Shown here one piece after another: positions 50,632 to 59,545 of a DNA stretch of 64,000 bases; position 1 is the first letter of the stretch, and the number at the start of each line of letters is the position of its first letter. The DNA lies in assembly GCA_049322915.1 (NCBI GenBank), contig JBMOPW010000010.1, forward strand, positions 32,001-96,000, written 5' to 3'. Both the position numbers and the translations under genes were made by a program. The notes below the pieces were generated by a model. The model did not search any database, had not been told where the DNA came from, and was given only the letters and a program-made list of their open reading frames with translations. The stretch is from Candidatus Zhuqueibacterota bacterium (lineage in GTDB: Bacteria; Zhuqueibacterota; Zhuqueibacteria; Thermofontimicrobiales; Thermofontimicrobiaceae).

Positions 50632-51384
50632 TTATGAAAAAATAATAGATTCATCCCAGAGCCTGGAGTACTGTTCGAGGAAATTTTGATACAAATTTTC
50701 TTTCTGCTTATAAAATTGAGAATGAGTCAATTCAAAAAAGGGTCGCTTTTCCGGAGAGCATTGGTACAGTTGCAGGTCAACGCGTATCCGACCGGATGGT
50801 CGTGAGGCGTCGAAAATCATCACGGTCAGCGCGGATGTCGAATTGTTCAATCGCACTTCAACATCGAGATTTGTCCTGATCAATTTTCTCAAATATTCGA
50901 GGGAGAGTTCAATTTCATTTTTGAATATTTTGGAGGTTGACCCTTTCCATTTGGCAATCGATTCAATAGCCGGGCTGGCTGGATCGATCAAAATGAATCG
51001 GAGCTTGCATCCGGATTCAGCCTTTTTTAAGAAGAAATTACAGTATCGCGGTACAAGCTGGGCTAATGATCCCCCGCTGACAAAAATCTCCCGCGCCTCG
51101 TCGGAGTATTTCTCGAAATCCGTCCACCCGACCGGGATGCGCAGAAATGGTTCCTCTGAGCGCCTTATTTCTCCCAGTGTTTTTTCGATTCGTTCAAAGT
51201 AGCCCAGCCGTTCAGCCAGCATGCCGAAGGATATCACGCCTAACACGAAGAGTATGATTTTGAACAGAATGGAGGGGTCCGGATTCAGTATGAGATCGAA
51301 TAGCAAGAAACCAAAGGAAGTGAAAAACGCCAGGGTCAAAGGAATATTCTCTAATTTGAATAGAGATTTCACCGTGTCTTTCAT
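50632..51384 (-). CDS. 2-TM membrane protein with a DUF5919/PLD-like cytoplasmic domain
   Basis: GGAG RBS before ATG 51384; two N-terminal TM helices; KLRFILIDP.S, RP.FEL and Y..LW..S pattern; AT-rich relative to neighbours. Confidence 0.6.
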   Translation of the reverse strand: MKDTVKSLFKLENIPLTLAFFTSFGFLLFDLILNPDPSILFKIILFVLGVISFGMLAERLGYFERIEKTLGEIRRSEEPFLRIPVGWTDFEKYSDEAREIFVSGGSLAQLVPRYCNFFLKKAESGCKLRFILIDPASPAIESIAKWKGSTSKIFKNEIELSLEYLRKLIRTNLDVEVRLNNSTSALTVMIFDASRPSGRIRVDLQLYQCSPEKRPFFELTHSQFYKQKENLYQNFLEQYSRLWDESIIFS

Positions 51385-51692
51385 AATTTTTTTCTCCATG
51401 AATGGGTTTGGATGAATGGACAATCCATCCAATTTTCGGTGAGTCCAGCACTGAAACACATAACATTTGCCTTTTCTATGGGGCGCTGCTTCAAAGTTGG
51501 CCAAATTAATGCGCACCGCTGATATTTCAGCAGGTGACTTTTTTATAATCCTTCATCAGGCACAGCGTGTAATACAGGGGCGTGATTCGTTCAGGCCGAA
51601 TGGGAAGGAGTTGTTGGGCAGGATGCAGGTTTCTCAATTGAGACATTGATATTCGAATGTTGTATTTTTAGCGCACCAGATTCCTCTATTCA

Positions 51693-51823
51693 TATGAATG
51701 ACCAGTAAAAATTTTGGCGCCTAAAGTATTATCGGACACACGCGTAGTGGACGGTCGCGACCGTCCACTACAGAGACAAAAAGTATTGAATGTACTGCAC
51801 ATGGTTTTAACTGGTCATTCATA
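51693..51823. mobile_element. 131-bp MITE/REP-like element with 19-bp TIRs and a central GTAG palindrome
   Basis: TATGAATGACCAGTAAAAA (51693-51711) against TTTTAACTGGTCATTCATA (51805-51823), 18/19 inverted; perfect palindrome GTAGTGGACGGTCG-CGACCGTCCACTAC at 51744-51771. Confidence 0.7.
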
Positions 51824-51972
51824 GTATTAGAAAGATGCGAATTGACTGGTGAAAGCTGAAAGCCAATTTCGCTGAGGATATTTCAGGCGTCACTATTTTT
51901 CCGACAGGCATCGCTGCGCCGGAAATGATTCGAAGCGATGTTGCCAATCTATCGGTACCAATTCGCATTCAG

Positions 51973-52386
51973 TCAAACGTTCTTTGGAAAGCGCACGTTT
52001 TCCGCGCCACAATGGCTGCACGTCCGCTGATGCACGCATAGCAACTGCCCGCAGTTTTCGCATGTCCAGAACGACTGACAATGTTCGCTGAATGCGTCCA
52101 TTCCGTTTTCGATGGCGTCAGCCATGTTCTCGAACAGATCTTCACCATATTTGGTGATGTACCTTTTGCGGATGCGTTTCTCTAATTGGCAGGGATAGGC
52201 CTCGCAGATGCTGCACAGAAGAGTCGCGTCCCCTTTCTTCTCAGGACAGTTGCGGATGCGACAGCGACCGAGATAATCGATGGAGCCGATTTCTCCGGCG
52301 CAGCCACTGCATCGGTTTTTCTTTCTCTGGAATGCATAGCAGATATTGCAGATAATGCCGCAGGGGGCAAGAATTATTTTTTCCAT
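51973..52386 (-). CDS. Cys-rich DUF3795-like protein
   Basis: APCGIICNIC, CSGC, CRIRNC, CSICEAYPC, WTCENCG...C..C. Confidence 0.75.
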   Translation of the reverse strand: MEKIILAPCGIICNICYAFQRKKNRCSGCAGEIGSIDYLGRCRIRNCPEKKGDATLLCSICEAYPCQLEKRIRKRYITKYGEDLFENMADAIENGMDAFSEHCQSFWTCENCGQLLCVHQRTCSHCGAENVRFPKNV

Positions 52387-52449
52387 ACAGGTCTCATCAT
52401 CTGGATCGCTCTTGATCTTCCGACGCCGTTTGACTGGTACCATCCGGCA

Positions 52450-52953
52450 TCACTGGCACATTTCATGCCGGGTCAGAAAGCTTTCGATGTCTTCGGTGAA
52501 TTGCATCGCAGCGGCCTCGATGCGACGGGTCAATCCGGACAGATCGCTGAAATCCGCGCCATCTATGGGGTGCTCGAGAATAGAATCAGCGCCCTTCGTA
52601 GTCGCCACAAGTCGGTATTTATTCCAGCCTGCTTCCTTGAACAGATTCCAGTATTTTGATTGAATTTCTTTGTTGTAGCCGAACAGCCAGATTTCGAAAC
52701 TGCATGTCTCATGGATGAACACGATCCCGATCTTCAATCCCCTGATTTTCAATGACCACGGGAAAAAGGAAAAATAGGTCATGTCCATGTAGCCGTAATA
52801 GATATTGCCCGAGACGAAATGATCCGGATATTTACTTTTGAAATACGTTCTTAAATCCATGATGTAGTGCATCAAACCCTGATAGGCTTTTTTGATGGCG
52901 CCTTTTTGCAACTGGATTTTGTATTCATCCAAATATTCGTGGAAAGATTCCAT
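52450..52953 (-). CDS. Conserved hypothetical protein
   Basis: GAGGG RBS before ATG 52953; motif Y.GYMDMTYFSFFP..LK...LKIGIVF. Confidence 0.7.
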   Translation of the reverse strand: MESFHEYLDEYKIQLQKGAIKKAYQGLMHYIMDLRTYFKSKYPDHFVSGNIYYGYMDMTYFSFFPWSLKIRGLKIGIVFIHETCSFEIWLFGYNKEIQSKYWNLFKEAGWNKYRLVATTKGADSILEHPIDGADFSDLSGLTRRIEAAAMQFTEDIESFLTRHEMCQ

Positions 52954-53189
52954 GTGAATTCCCTCAATCACGGTGAACTTCGATCTTCACGCTGTGGACG
53001 AGCATGGTTCATGCTTCCGCAGAAAATTAATGCCTCGCCAAAATCATTCTTCTTGAAAATGAGTCAGGTACAAACCGGTTTCGGCGCTCCAAAGCCGACG
53101 CCTGTCACGACAAAGCGTTTGCCTGGCGCGTGGATAGTCTGCCAATCAGGCGCTTGAAACAGGGACGTCGACGCTGCTGAGCGATTCCC

Positions 53190-53627
53190 TCATCGAAACA
53201 TCGAGTAATCGAGCAGTCCGGTGTGCATGGTCATCTTCCACTCGCCGTTGACTTTCGAGTACACTTTGCACGCCCGGCCCTTCCAGTGGAAATCCTTCCC
53301 GTCGCGGTCGCGCCACAACGTGTCCACATCGACGACGGCAAACGCCCCATCCTTCTCTTCGGTGATCACTATTTTTTTTATCTCTCGCCGGTTATGAATC
53401 AGATCATGGGTGTCGAACATCTGCTGCCAGTTCCGGCTCCAGCGCTCTGCATTGTAACGACCTGCCCAGAAAATCCAGTCCATCGGATCGTGGGAGCCCG
53501 GCGTCGCCGGCCAGGGCCAGACCATGTCCGGGTGGAAGATGCTCATCAGCAGTTGGATGTCCTGCGTGTCCCAGGCGCGCGTTTCGCGATTGACGATCTC
53601 TCGTATCTCTTCTTCTGCGTTGTCCAT
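53190..53627 (-). CDS. SnoaL/NTF2-like (DUF4440) protein
   Basis: RETRAWDTQD..LL..IFHPDMVWPWP; WKMTMHTG terminus. Confidence 0.8.
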   Translation of the reverse strand: MDNAEEEIREIVNRETRAWDTQDIQLLMSIFHPDMVWPWPATPGSHDPMDWIFWAGRYNAERWSRNWQQMFDTHDLIHNRREIKKIVITEEKDGAFAVVDVDTLWRDRDGKDFHWKGRACKVYSKVNGEWKMTMHTGLLDYSMFR

Positions 53628-54031
53628 ACGTATCGCTCAGGTTGACATTGTTCAAAGGGCGAACAGGCAGTATTCAGTAGGGAATTTTCAAAGAAAGCTC
53701 GTCGATGAGCTTTCATGGTCATTCAAAAGCCGTCTCACAGAGAATGCCTGTCGTCCTTTAGTTTCACGTGATCGGCGATTACCCTATTTTTTAAGTCAAA
53801 TTTAATACGGCCGGAATCCGCTCGCGCTGTGCTTGACTGGATCAAAACGTTGAATCAGGAACCTGGTCATTTCTCAGTTTGATTAGGATTTTTGGCAACG
53901 ATTTTCGGGACGAAAATCCCGAACGATTAATATCCGGCGCTCTGCATTGTAGTGGTCGGCCCGGAAAATTCAGTCAATCGGAATTGATACTAAGAAAAAT
54001 TCATTGTTCAAATGTTACTTTTTTTTCAAGC

Positions 54032-54060
54032 AATATACAATGAATTCACCTGGATGTCAA
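54032..54060 (-). promoter_or_regulatory. Sigma70-type promoter
   Basis: TTGACA-17 nt-TATATT on the minus strand, 15 bp from MITE copy 3. Confidence 0.6.
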
Positions 54061-54075
54061 GGAGAAATATTCTAA

Positions 54076-54236
54076 CCTGAATTATTCATGAACTTGCTCA
54101 GAATTAGAGTCGACATTCAGATTTTCAATTAGCTAAAAGCTAAGCTATTTTGAAACTCAGTTTTTATACGTTTATTCTAAAAAGAGCACCATTCAGGTTA
54201 GCCAGCCTCCTTTAAAAATACTCTGAATAATGCAGG
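54076..54236 (-). mobile_element. 161-bp MITE, copy 3 (inverted)
   Basis: Reverse complement of copy 1 with 3 substitutions; perfect 4-bp flanking duplication CTAA/CTAA. Confidence 0.88.
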
Positions 54237-54400
54237 CTAAGAGAATTAAAAAATTGTGAACCATTTGCGTTGAGGAGCGATTGTAAGGAATTAAGTTGGT
54301 TGAATTCCGGTAGTAGGTGTTTGACTCGATTGCCCCGGGTAACGATCGATGAGCGAGTGAAATAGCAGGACAGGTTTTCTTCGGAGAAAGCGCGCCCGAG

Positions 54401-54436
54401 CCAGCTTCCCCGGGATCTGAGACCCGGGGAAGCTGG
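54401..54436 (-). terminator. Perfect 14-bp GC-rich stem-loop after the GxGYxYP gene
   Basis: CCAGCTTCCCCGGG-8 nt-CCCGGGGAAGCTGG, 25 bp past the stop, with no clear U-tract. Confidence 0.45.
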
Positions 54437-54461
54437 ATGAGCGATTAAATTCAATAGCGGT

Positions 54462-56069
54462 CTATTCTTCAGCGTAGCGGGTTTTGAACGTGGGCGCAAC
54501 GCCGGCCATTTTCATGAACAGATCCAGCGGGATGAGTTCAAATTCTGAGCCGAGTTTTTTCAGCCATTCTTTGACGCGGTTGATGTCGCTCCATTGCCGA
54601 ATGTGAATGAGCAGGAAATAGGGTCGCCTCGGATTGAGATTGGCCAATTCCATTAAATCTGCGGCCGCCTCGTTCAAATCGCGTTTCTCTGAGAGATAGT
54701 AATCGTACGAAATGAAGGGTCGTCCATCCTGCACCGCAAATGTATGCGCCGGACGATAGCCGTTGGCAAACCCGATGGCGTCCGGCATACCTTTGAAGTA
54801 AAACTCCAGCACGTCTTTGGTCACATCGTCGTTGATGCCGCCGGACTCCCAATAGCTGGTATGTTCCATCAATTCAAAAATAGTCAGGTCCAGGGCTTTC
54901 ATGAGCGCATACGCTGAATCGACCACGTCCGGCATGTACTCTGTCGGAATCGATTTGGGGTACATGTAGCCAGGGCCGGAGAGCGATCCGATGAAATAGT
55001 CGTTGGGCGTGGCCATGTCGTAATAAAATTGCAGCATGGCCGGAGCCAACCACAGCCAGTTCATGGTCACTTCCCAGGCGTAGGGAATATCGCCGCGGCC
55101 AGGCTTTGTCCAGGAGCCCAGCCCGAGGCAGTCGGACTGAATGCAGGAGATGTACACCTTTTTCTTCGGCGGATACTCAGCGCCAGCCTGCACATGGTGA
55201 TTGTTTTTGAACGCGTATCCCGGGGTCAGGGGAATCTGATTGTTGAAACTCATATTGGGCAGCGTGTGCAAGCCTTCCACGCGCAGCGCATAATTGGAGG
55301 CTAATCGCACATGATCGGCTTCTTTGTCTTTGGCGTAGGAATGCCAGCCCATCACCAGGGACAGTGGCTTCATTTCGCGGAAGAGACGCCTGGCAAAGAG
55401 GTATTCCAGCGAGTCCGACGGATCGGTGGAAGCGTCGGTGAAAAAGGCTTTTTTATAAATGCCAAAATCCGCGATGCCGGGTTTCATCATGGAGCCGCTT
55501 TCACCGCCCATATAGATCAAAAAATCTTTACTGCATGAATTCCAATATTTTTTGTAGGCCCATTGATAGATGTCATAATCGCTCTGGCCGGTGAATGTCC
55601 CGCGAAAATCCTCGATGGGCTTCAGTCCGTGTTTCTCGACCATCGGAATGAGCGCCTCGGTGACAACCACGGCCTGGTTCACGGCCGCCGCTGTGAACGC
55701 GACGATCAACGAGGTGCGCGCCGAGGTGTCCCAGACGATATAACCGTTCGCATGGGATTTCAATGCGCCCAGAGCGTCATCGGCGGTCGCCAGTTCGGTG
55801 AATTGCATGCTGCGTTTGTCTTTGTAATAGTTCAAAATCGGTTCGCAAAAATTGTAATCCCAACCTTGAGCATACAGGAAATACAGCCGCGGCGCGCCAA
55901 TATTGGCCACGCCCTGCAGGCTGATGAGCAGCGCCTGCGTCGGCAGGTCACCCTGAATTTCCCAGTTGTTGGTCAATTTCATCACATACATCGGTTCGCT
56001 GTGCTGCGCGTGAAGCGAGGAGGCCATCAGCGCGATGAGCGCGATGAATAAAATTGAATATCGTTTCAT
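54462..56069 (-). CDS. Secreted GxGYxYP-domain putative glycoside hydrolase
   Basis: Signal peptide MKRYSILFIALIALMASSLHA; SLQGVAN...PRLY; signature SGPGYMYP. Confidence 0.82.
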   Translation of the reverse strand: MKRYSILFIALIALMASSLHAQHSEPMYVMKLTNNWEIQGDLPTQALLISLQGVANIGAPRLYFLYAQGWDYNFCEPILNYYKDKRSMQFTELATADDALGALKSHANGYIVWDTSARTSLIVAFTAAAVNQAVVVTEALIPMVEKHGLKPIEDFRGTFTGQSDYDIYQWAYKKYWNSCSKDFLIYMGGESGSMMKPGIADFGIYKKAFFTDASTDPSDSLEYLFARRLFREMKPLSLVMGWHSYAKDKEADHVRLASNYALRVEGLHTLPNMSFNNQIPLTPGYAFKNNHHVQAGAEYPPKKKVYISCIQSDCLGLGSWTKPGRGDIPYAWEVTMNWLWLAPAMLQFYYDMATPNDYFIGSLSGPGYMYPKSIPTEYMPDVVDSAYALMKALDLTIFELMEHTSYWESGGINDDVTKDVLEFYFKGMPDAIGFANGYRPAHTFAVQDGRPFISYDYYLSEKRDLNEAAADLMELANLNPRRPYFLLIHIRQWSDINRVKEWLKKLGSEFELIPLDLFMKMAGVAPTFKTRYAEE

Positions 56070-56135
56070 CGGATTTCCTTTCAAAATAAATTTCGTCGTC
56101 CAATTGCATCTGCGGCGCGGCGGATATCGCAGTTC

Positions 56136-56681
56136 CTATTTCGCCGCAACCCTCTCGAAGGTCAGCGTGATGGGCGTGGGACGGCTGGACCGTTTTTCGA
56201 TCACGGTGAGTTCGTTGCCATCCTTGCCGAGACGATAGCTGCGTCGGGTGATAATCGTCGTTTCGCCCTGGGAGGTTTGCACCGGCTGTTCGATGATCGT
56301 TTTGAATTCTCTGTCCGTTTGACTCCAGTCCCCGGTCACTTTCCTCTTCGTCCCAGGGATGGAAAGAACGCCCATGTACCAGTTCTCCGGCCATATCTGA
56401 GACGTCACTTCGATTTCAGTGGGCGCTTCGTTGGGGACGAAACTCACAGAGTCCAGGAATGCAATGGTCTTTCCGGTCATCCATTTATTGAGGACGATGA
56501 CCCGGCCGACGTCATTGCGTATCTCCAATTCCAGGGTGCGATGATTCCAGGTGACCAGATTTGTGCTTTTCTCCGGCACAAGTTTCCATGTCCCATAAAC
56601 GGGCAGGCGATTTCTGGAACAACATGGCATCAACATCAGGACGAGGCATGCGATGAGCGCCAGACTTGTTTTTTGTGGCAT
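56136..56681 (-). CDS. Hypothetical lipoprotein (beta-rich)
   Basis: Hydrophobic leader ending in Cys; GTWKLVPEKS; GGAG RBS. Confidence 0.65.
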   Translation of the reverse strand: MPQKTSLALIACLVLMLMPCCSRNRLPVYGTWKLVPEKSTNLVTWNHRTLELEIRNDVGRVIVLNKWMTGKTIAFLDSVSFVPNEAPTEIEVTSQIWPENWYMGVLSIPGTKRKVTGDWSQTDREFKTIIEQPVQTSQGETTIITRRSYRLGKDGNELTVIEKRSSRPTPITLTFERVAAK

Positions 56682-56924
56682 AATCACTCCGATGATTTTT
56701 AGAATAATTGGGGTTGAATACGAGGAACATGACGCCAGTTGAACTCAGTATGCGGCGGCCGATTCCTCGCCAGTGAGGAAGAATTAATTTATCTGAATGG
56801 GCAGCGTTGCATTGACACTAAATCTCAACGACGATGCCGCATTGCCATCCGATTCGATTGTGCGGAACTGAACCTTCATGCGAAGGATGCGCTGAGCCTT
56901 CTCCGCATGGCAACTGCGCGCCCT

Positions 56925-56953
56925 ATTATACCATTTTCAATCAAAAGAAGCAA
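56925..56953 (-). promoter_or_regulatory. Sigma70-type promoter with extended -10
   Basis: TTGCTT-17 nt-TATAAT, with TGn before the -10, on the minus strand. Confidence 0.55.
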
Positions 56954-57118
56954 GGATAATTTCAACGCGCTGAACACCGGGACACGTTGAAACTTCCGGA
57001 CCTGTCGGCGTTATTTTCTCATGTTCCCGCGAACATCCGGCGCGCAAATAAAATAGTTGCTTTTCAGAGAAATTTTTATTAATTGAATAGGGACAAATCA
57101 GGTGAGAAAGGAAATTTC

Positions 57119-58351
57119 ATGAATTCGAGAGAGCGGGTTAACATGGCGCTGCGTTTTGAAGCGCCGGATCGGCCACCAATTGACGTGTCAGGGCATCGTT
57201 CCTCCGGGATCAGCGCCATTGCCTATGCCAGGTTGAGATCCTACCTGGGTCTGCAATCGTCGCCAATTCGCGTCTACGACCCTGTCCAGCAATTGGCCAT
57301 TGTCGACGACGATGTGCTCGACTTGTTCGGGGTGGATACTATCGAACTGGGGCGCGCATTTGCTCATGAGGACAAGGACTGGGCCGACTGGATTCTGCCA
57401 GATGGCACTCCCTGCCAGATGCCGGCCTGGGCGTTGCCGGAGCGGGATCGGGATCGGGATCGATGGGTCATCCGATCCAAAAGCGGGCGTGTCATCGCTC
57501 AAATGCCTGACGGTGCGCTTTATTTCGAGCAGACGTTTTATCCACTGGCGAGTCCGACGGATGTGGAGCATCTGTCCGACGCGATGGACGAATGCATGTG
57601 GACAGCGGTCGCTTCGCCGCCCGGTCCACTGGCGGCCGGCCCCTATGGCAGCGCTCTGTTGCAGACTGGCGCCAGGCAATTGCGGGCGCGCACCGATCGG
57701 GCGATACTCGGACTGTTCGGCGGCAATCTGCTGGAGATGGGACAATTTCTCCATCGCAATGATAATTTTTTTATGATGCTGGCAGCAGAGCCGGCCAAAG
57801 CCCATGTATTTCTCGACCGAGTTGTGGAAATGCATCTGGCCAATCTGGAAAATTTTCTCAATGCAGTTGGAAATTACATCGATGTCATCCTGTTCGGCGA
57901 TGACCTGGGCATGCAGACCGGGCCGCAGTTGTCGCCGGCCATGTACCGCACATTTTTTAAACCGCGCCATGCGCTGTTATGGCAGCGCGCCAGGGAGTTA
58001 GCCGACGTGAAGGTGATGCTGCATTGCTGCGGTGGTGTTCGCGAGTTGCTGCCGGATTTGATCGACGCCGGACTGGATGCGATCAATCCGGTGCAGATTT
58101 CCTGCGCCGGCATGGATGCGGCCGGACTCAAACGCGATTTTGGAAAGGACATTGTCCTCTGGGGCGGCGGTTGCGACACTCAGGTGATCCTGCCGTCCGG
58201 CGCCCCGGCTCAGGTGAAAGAACATGTCCGCGAGCAGATCAGGATATTGAGTCCGGGTGGAGGATTTGTCTTTCAGCAGGTGCACAATATCCTCGCCACC
58301 GTGCCGCCGGAGAATATCGTGGCTATGTTGGAAGCCGCAAATGGTCGCTGA
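57119..58351 (+). CDS. Uroporphyrinogen decarboxylase-like / corrinoid methyltransferase (MtaA/CmuA family)
   Basis: MNSRERV...PDRPPID, GDDLG.Q.GP.LSP, HCCG, NPVQ, WGGGCDTQ, GGGFVF..VHNI. Confidence 0.85.
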   Translation: MNSRERVNMALRFEAPDRPPIDVSGHRSSGISAIAYARLRSYLGLQSSPIRVYDPVQQLAIVDDDVLDLFGVDTIELGRAFAHEDKDWADWILPDGTPCQMPAWALPERDRDRDRWVIRSKSGRVIAQMPDGALYFEQTFYPLASPTDVEHLSDAMDECMWTAVASPPGPLAAGPYGSALLQTGARQLRARTDRAILGLFGGNLLEMGQFLHRNDNFFMMLAAEPAKAHVFLDRVVEMHLANLENFLNAVGNYIDVILFGDDLGMQTGPQLSPAMYRTFFKPRHALLWQRARELADVKVMLHCCGGVRELLPDLIDAGLDAINPVQISCAGMDAAGLKRDFGKDIVLWGGGCDTQVILPSGAPAQVKEHVREQIRILSPGGGFVFQQVHNILATVPPENIVAMLEAANGR

Positions 58352-58445
58352 CGCAGCGCGTTGAGATGGGCGCCGCGCTGGCGATGTTCATCAAACCCGA
58401 TGCGCCGTGGTGGCGCGTTCGGAGAAACGAAGGAAATTGAACTCC

Positions 58446-59531
58446 ATGTTTACATTACACGAACTTGGCTGGAATGAATTTTTTCAATCGTCATTTGAAG
58501 CATACGAACAGCAGGGATTCGAGCTGGGACGAATCTCAGCGGAGAATAGGGACAACTACAACCTGTACACCCGGGACGGGGAGATCATTGCAGAGGTGAC
58601 CGGCAAATTGTTGTACAGCGCGGATAGCGCCTCGGCCCTGCCAAAAGTCGGCGACTGGGTTGCGCTCAAGCGTTACGACGCCAATTCCAACGGCATCATT
58701 CACGAGATACTTCCCCGCAAGACCGTCTTCTCGCGCAAAGTGGCCGGGATAAAGACGGAGGAGCAGGTTCTGGCTACCAATATCGATATTGTTTTTATTG
58801 TGCAAAGCCTGGATAATGATTTCAGCCTGAAACGGTTTGAGCGGTACATGGTGATGGTGTATGAGGCCGGCGCCCGGCCCGTCATTGTCATGAATAAGAT
58901 CGATTTACAGGACAATGTTCAGGACTTTATCGAGTCAGCGCAGCGCATGGCCGGGGATGCCGGCGTTCTGGCGGTGAGCGCGGTGACCGGGCAGGGAATC
59001 GCGGATCTCAAGTCTCTGTTGAAACCGGGGCAGACCTGCGCCTTTGTTGGTTCGTCCGGCGTGGGGAAAACAACGCTCATCAACACGCTGATCGGGCGCG
59101 ATGTGTTTGCCACAGCAGAAGTGAGGGAGAAGGATTCGAAAGGACGACACGTCACGACGCGGCGGCAATTGATTGTCATCCCTGAGAGCGGCCTGTTGAT
59201 CGATACTCCCGGAATGCGCGAGTTACAGCTCTGGAGCGCTGATGGCGGTCTCGGCGATGTCTTTTCTGATTTCGATGAACTGGCTAAATCGTGTCGGTTT
59301 TCTGATTGCACCCATCGCAGTGAAATCGGGTGCGCCGTCATTGCAGCGGTGGAGGATGGACGAATCGAGCCGTGGCGGTATGAAAATTATCTGAAGATGA
59401 GGAAAGAACTGGACTTTCTGGCTGAGAAGCAAAGCCAGATGGGGGAGTTAAACAAGAAAAGACGGTTTAAGGAATTTAGCAGAGTCATAAAAAATTATAA
59501 GCGAATTGATCCGAAGCGAAAATTCCACTGA
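58446..59531 (+). CDS. rsgA: Ribosome small subunit-dependent GTPase A
   Basis: Circularly permuted GTPase NKID ... GSSGVGKTT ... GRHVT ... DTPGMR; zinc motif CRFSDCTH.SE.GC. Confidence 0.95.
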   Translation: MFTLHELGWNEFFQSSFEAYEQQGFELGRISAENRDNYNLYTRDGEIIAEVTGKLLYSADSASALPKVGDWVALKRYDANSNGIIHEILPRKTVFSRKVAGIKTEEQVLATNIDIVFIVQSLDNDFSLKRFERYMVMVYEAGARPVIVMNKIDLQDNVQDFIESAQRMAGDAGVLAVSAVTGQGIADLKSLLKPGQTCAFVGSSGVGKTTLINTLIGRDVFATAEVREKDSKGRHVTTRRQLIVIPESGLLIDTPGMRELQLWSADGGLGDVFSDFDELAKSCRFSDCTHRSEIGCAVIAAVEDGRIEPWRYENYLKMRKELDFLAEKQSQMGELNKKRRFKEFSRVIKNYKRIDPKRKFH

Positions 59532-59545
59532 CAGGGGAGAAGACC

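Noticed and set aside
51817..51828. 12-mer ATTCATAGTATT shared between the 131-bp element end and the 161-bp MITE
   Set aside because: A short AT-rich match that straddles the element boundary; the rest of the elements are unrelated, so it is likely chance.
53438..53982. Repeat pair considered as a diversity-generating retroelement TR/VR
   Set aside because: Mismatches are not adenine-specific, the repeat is short and mid-gene, and there is no reverse transcriptase in the window.
57443..57460. (CGGGAT)x3 tandem repeat as a phase-variation tract
   Set aside because: Only three units, and in-frame hexamers (RDRDRD), so slippage would not shift the frame.
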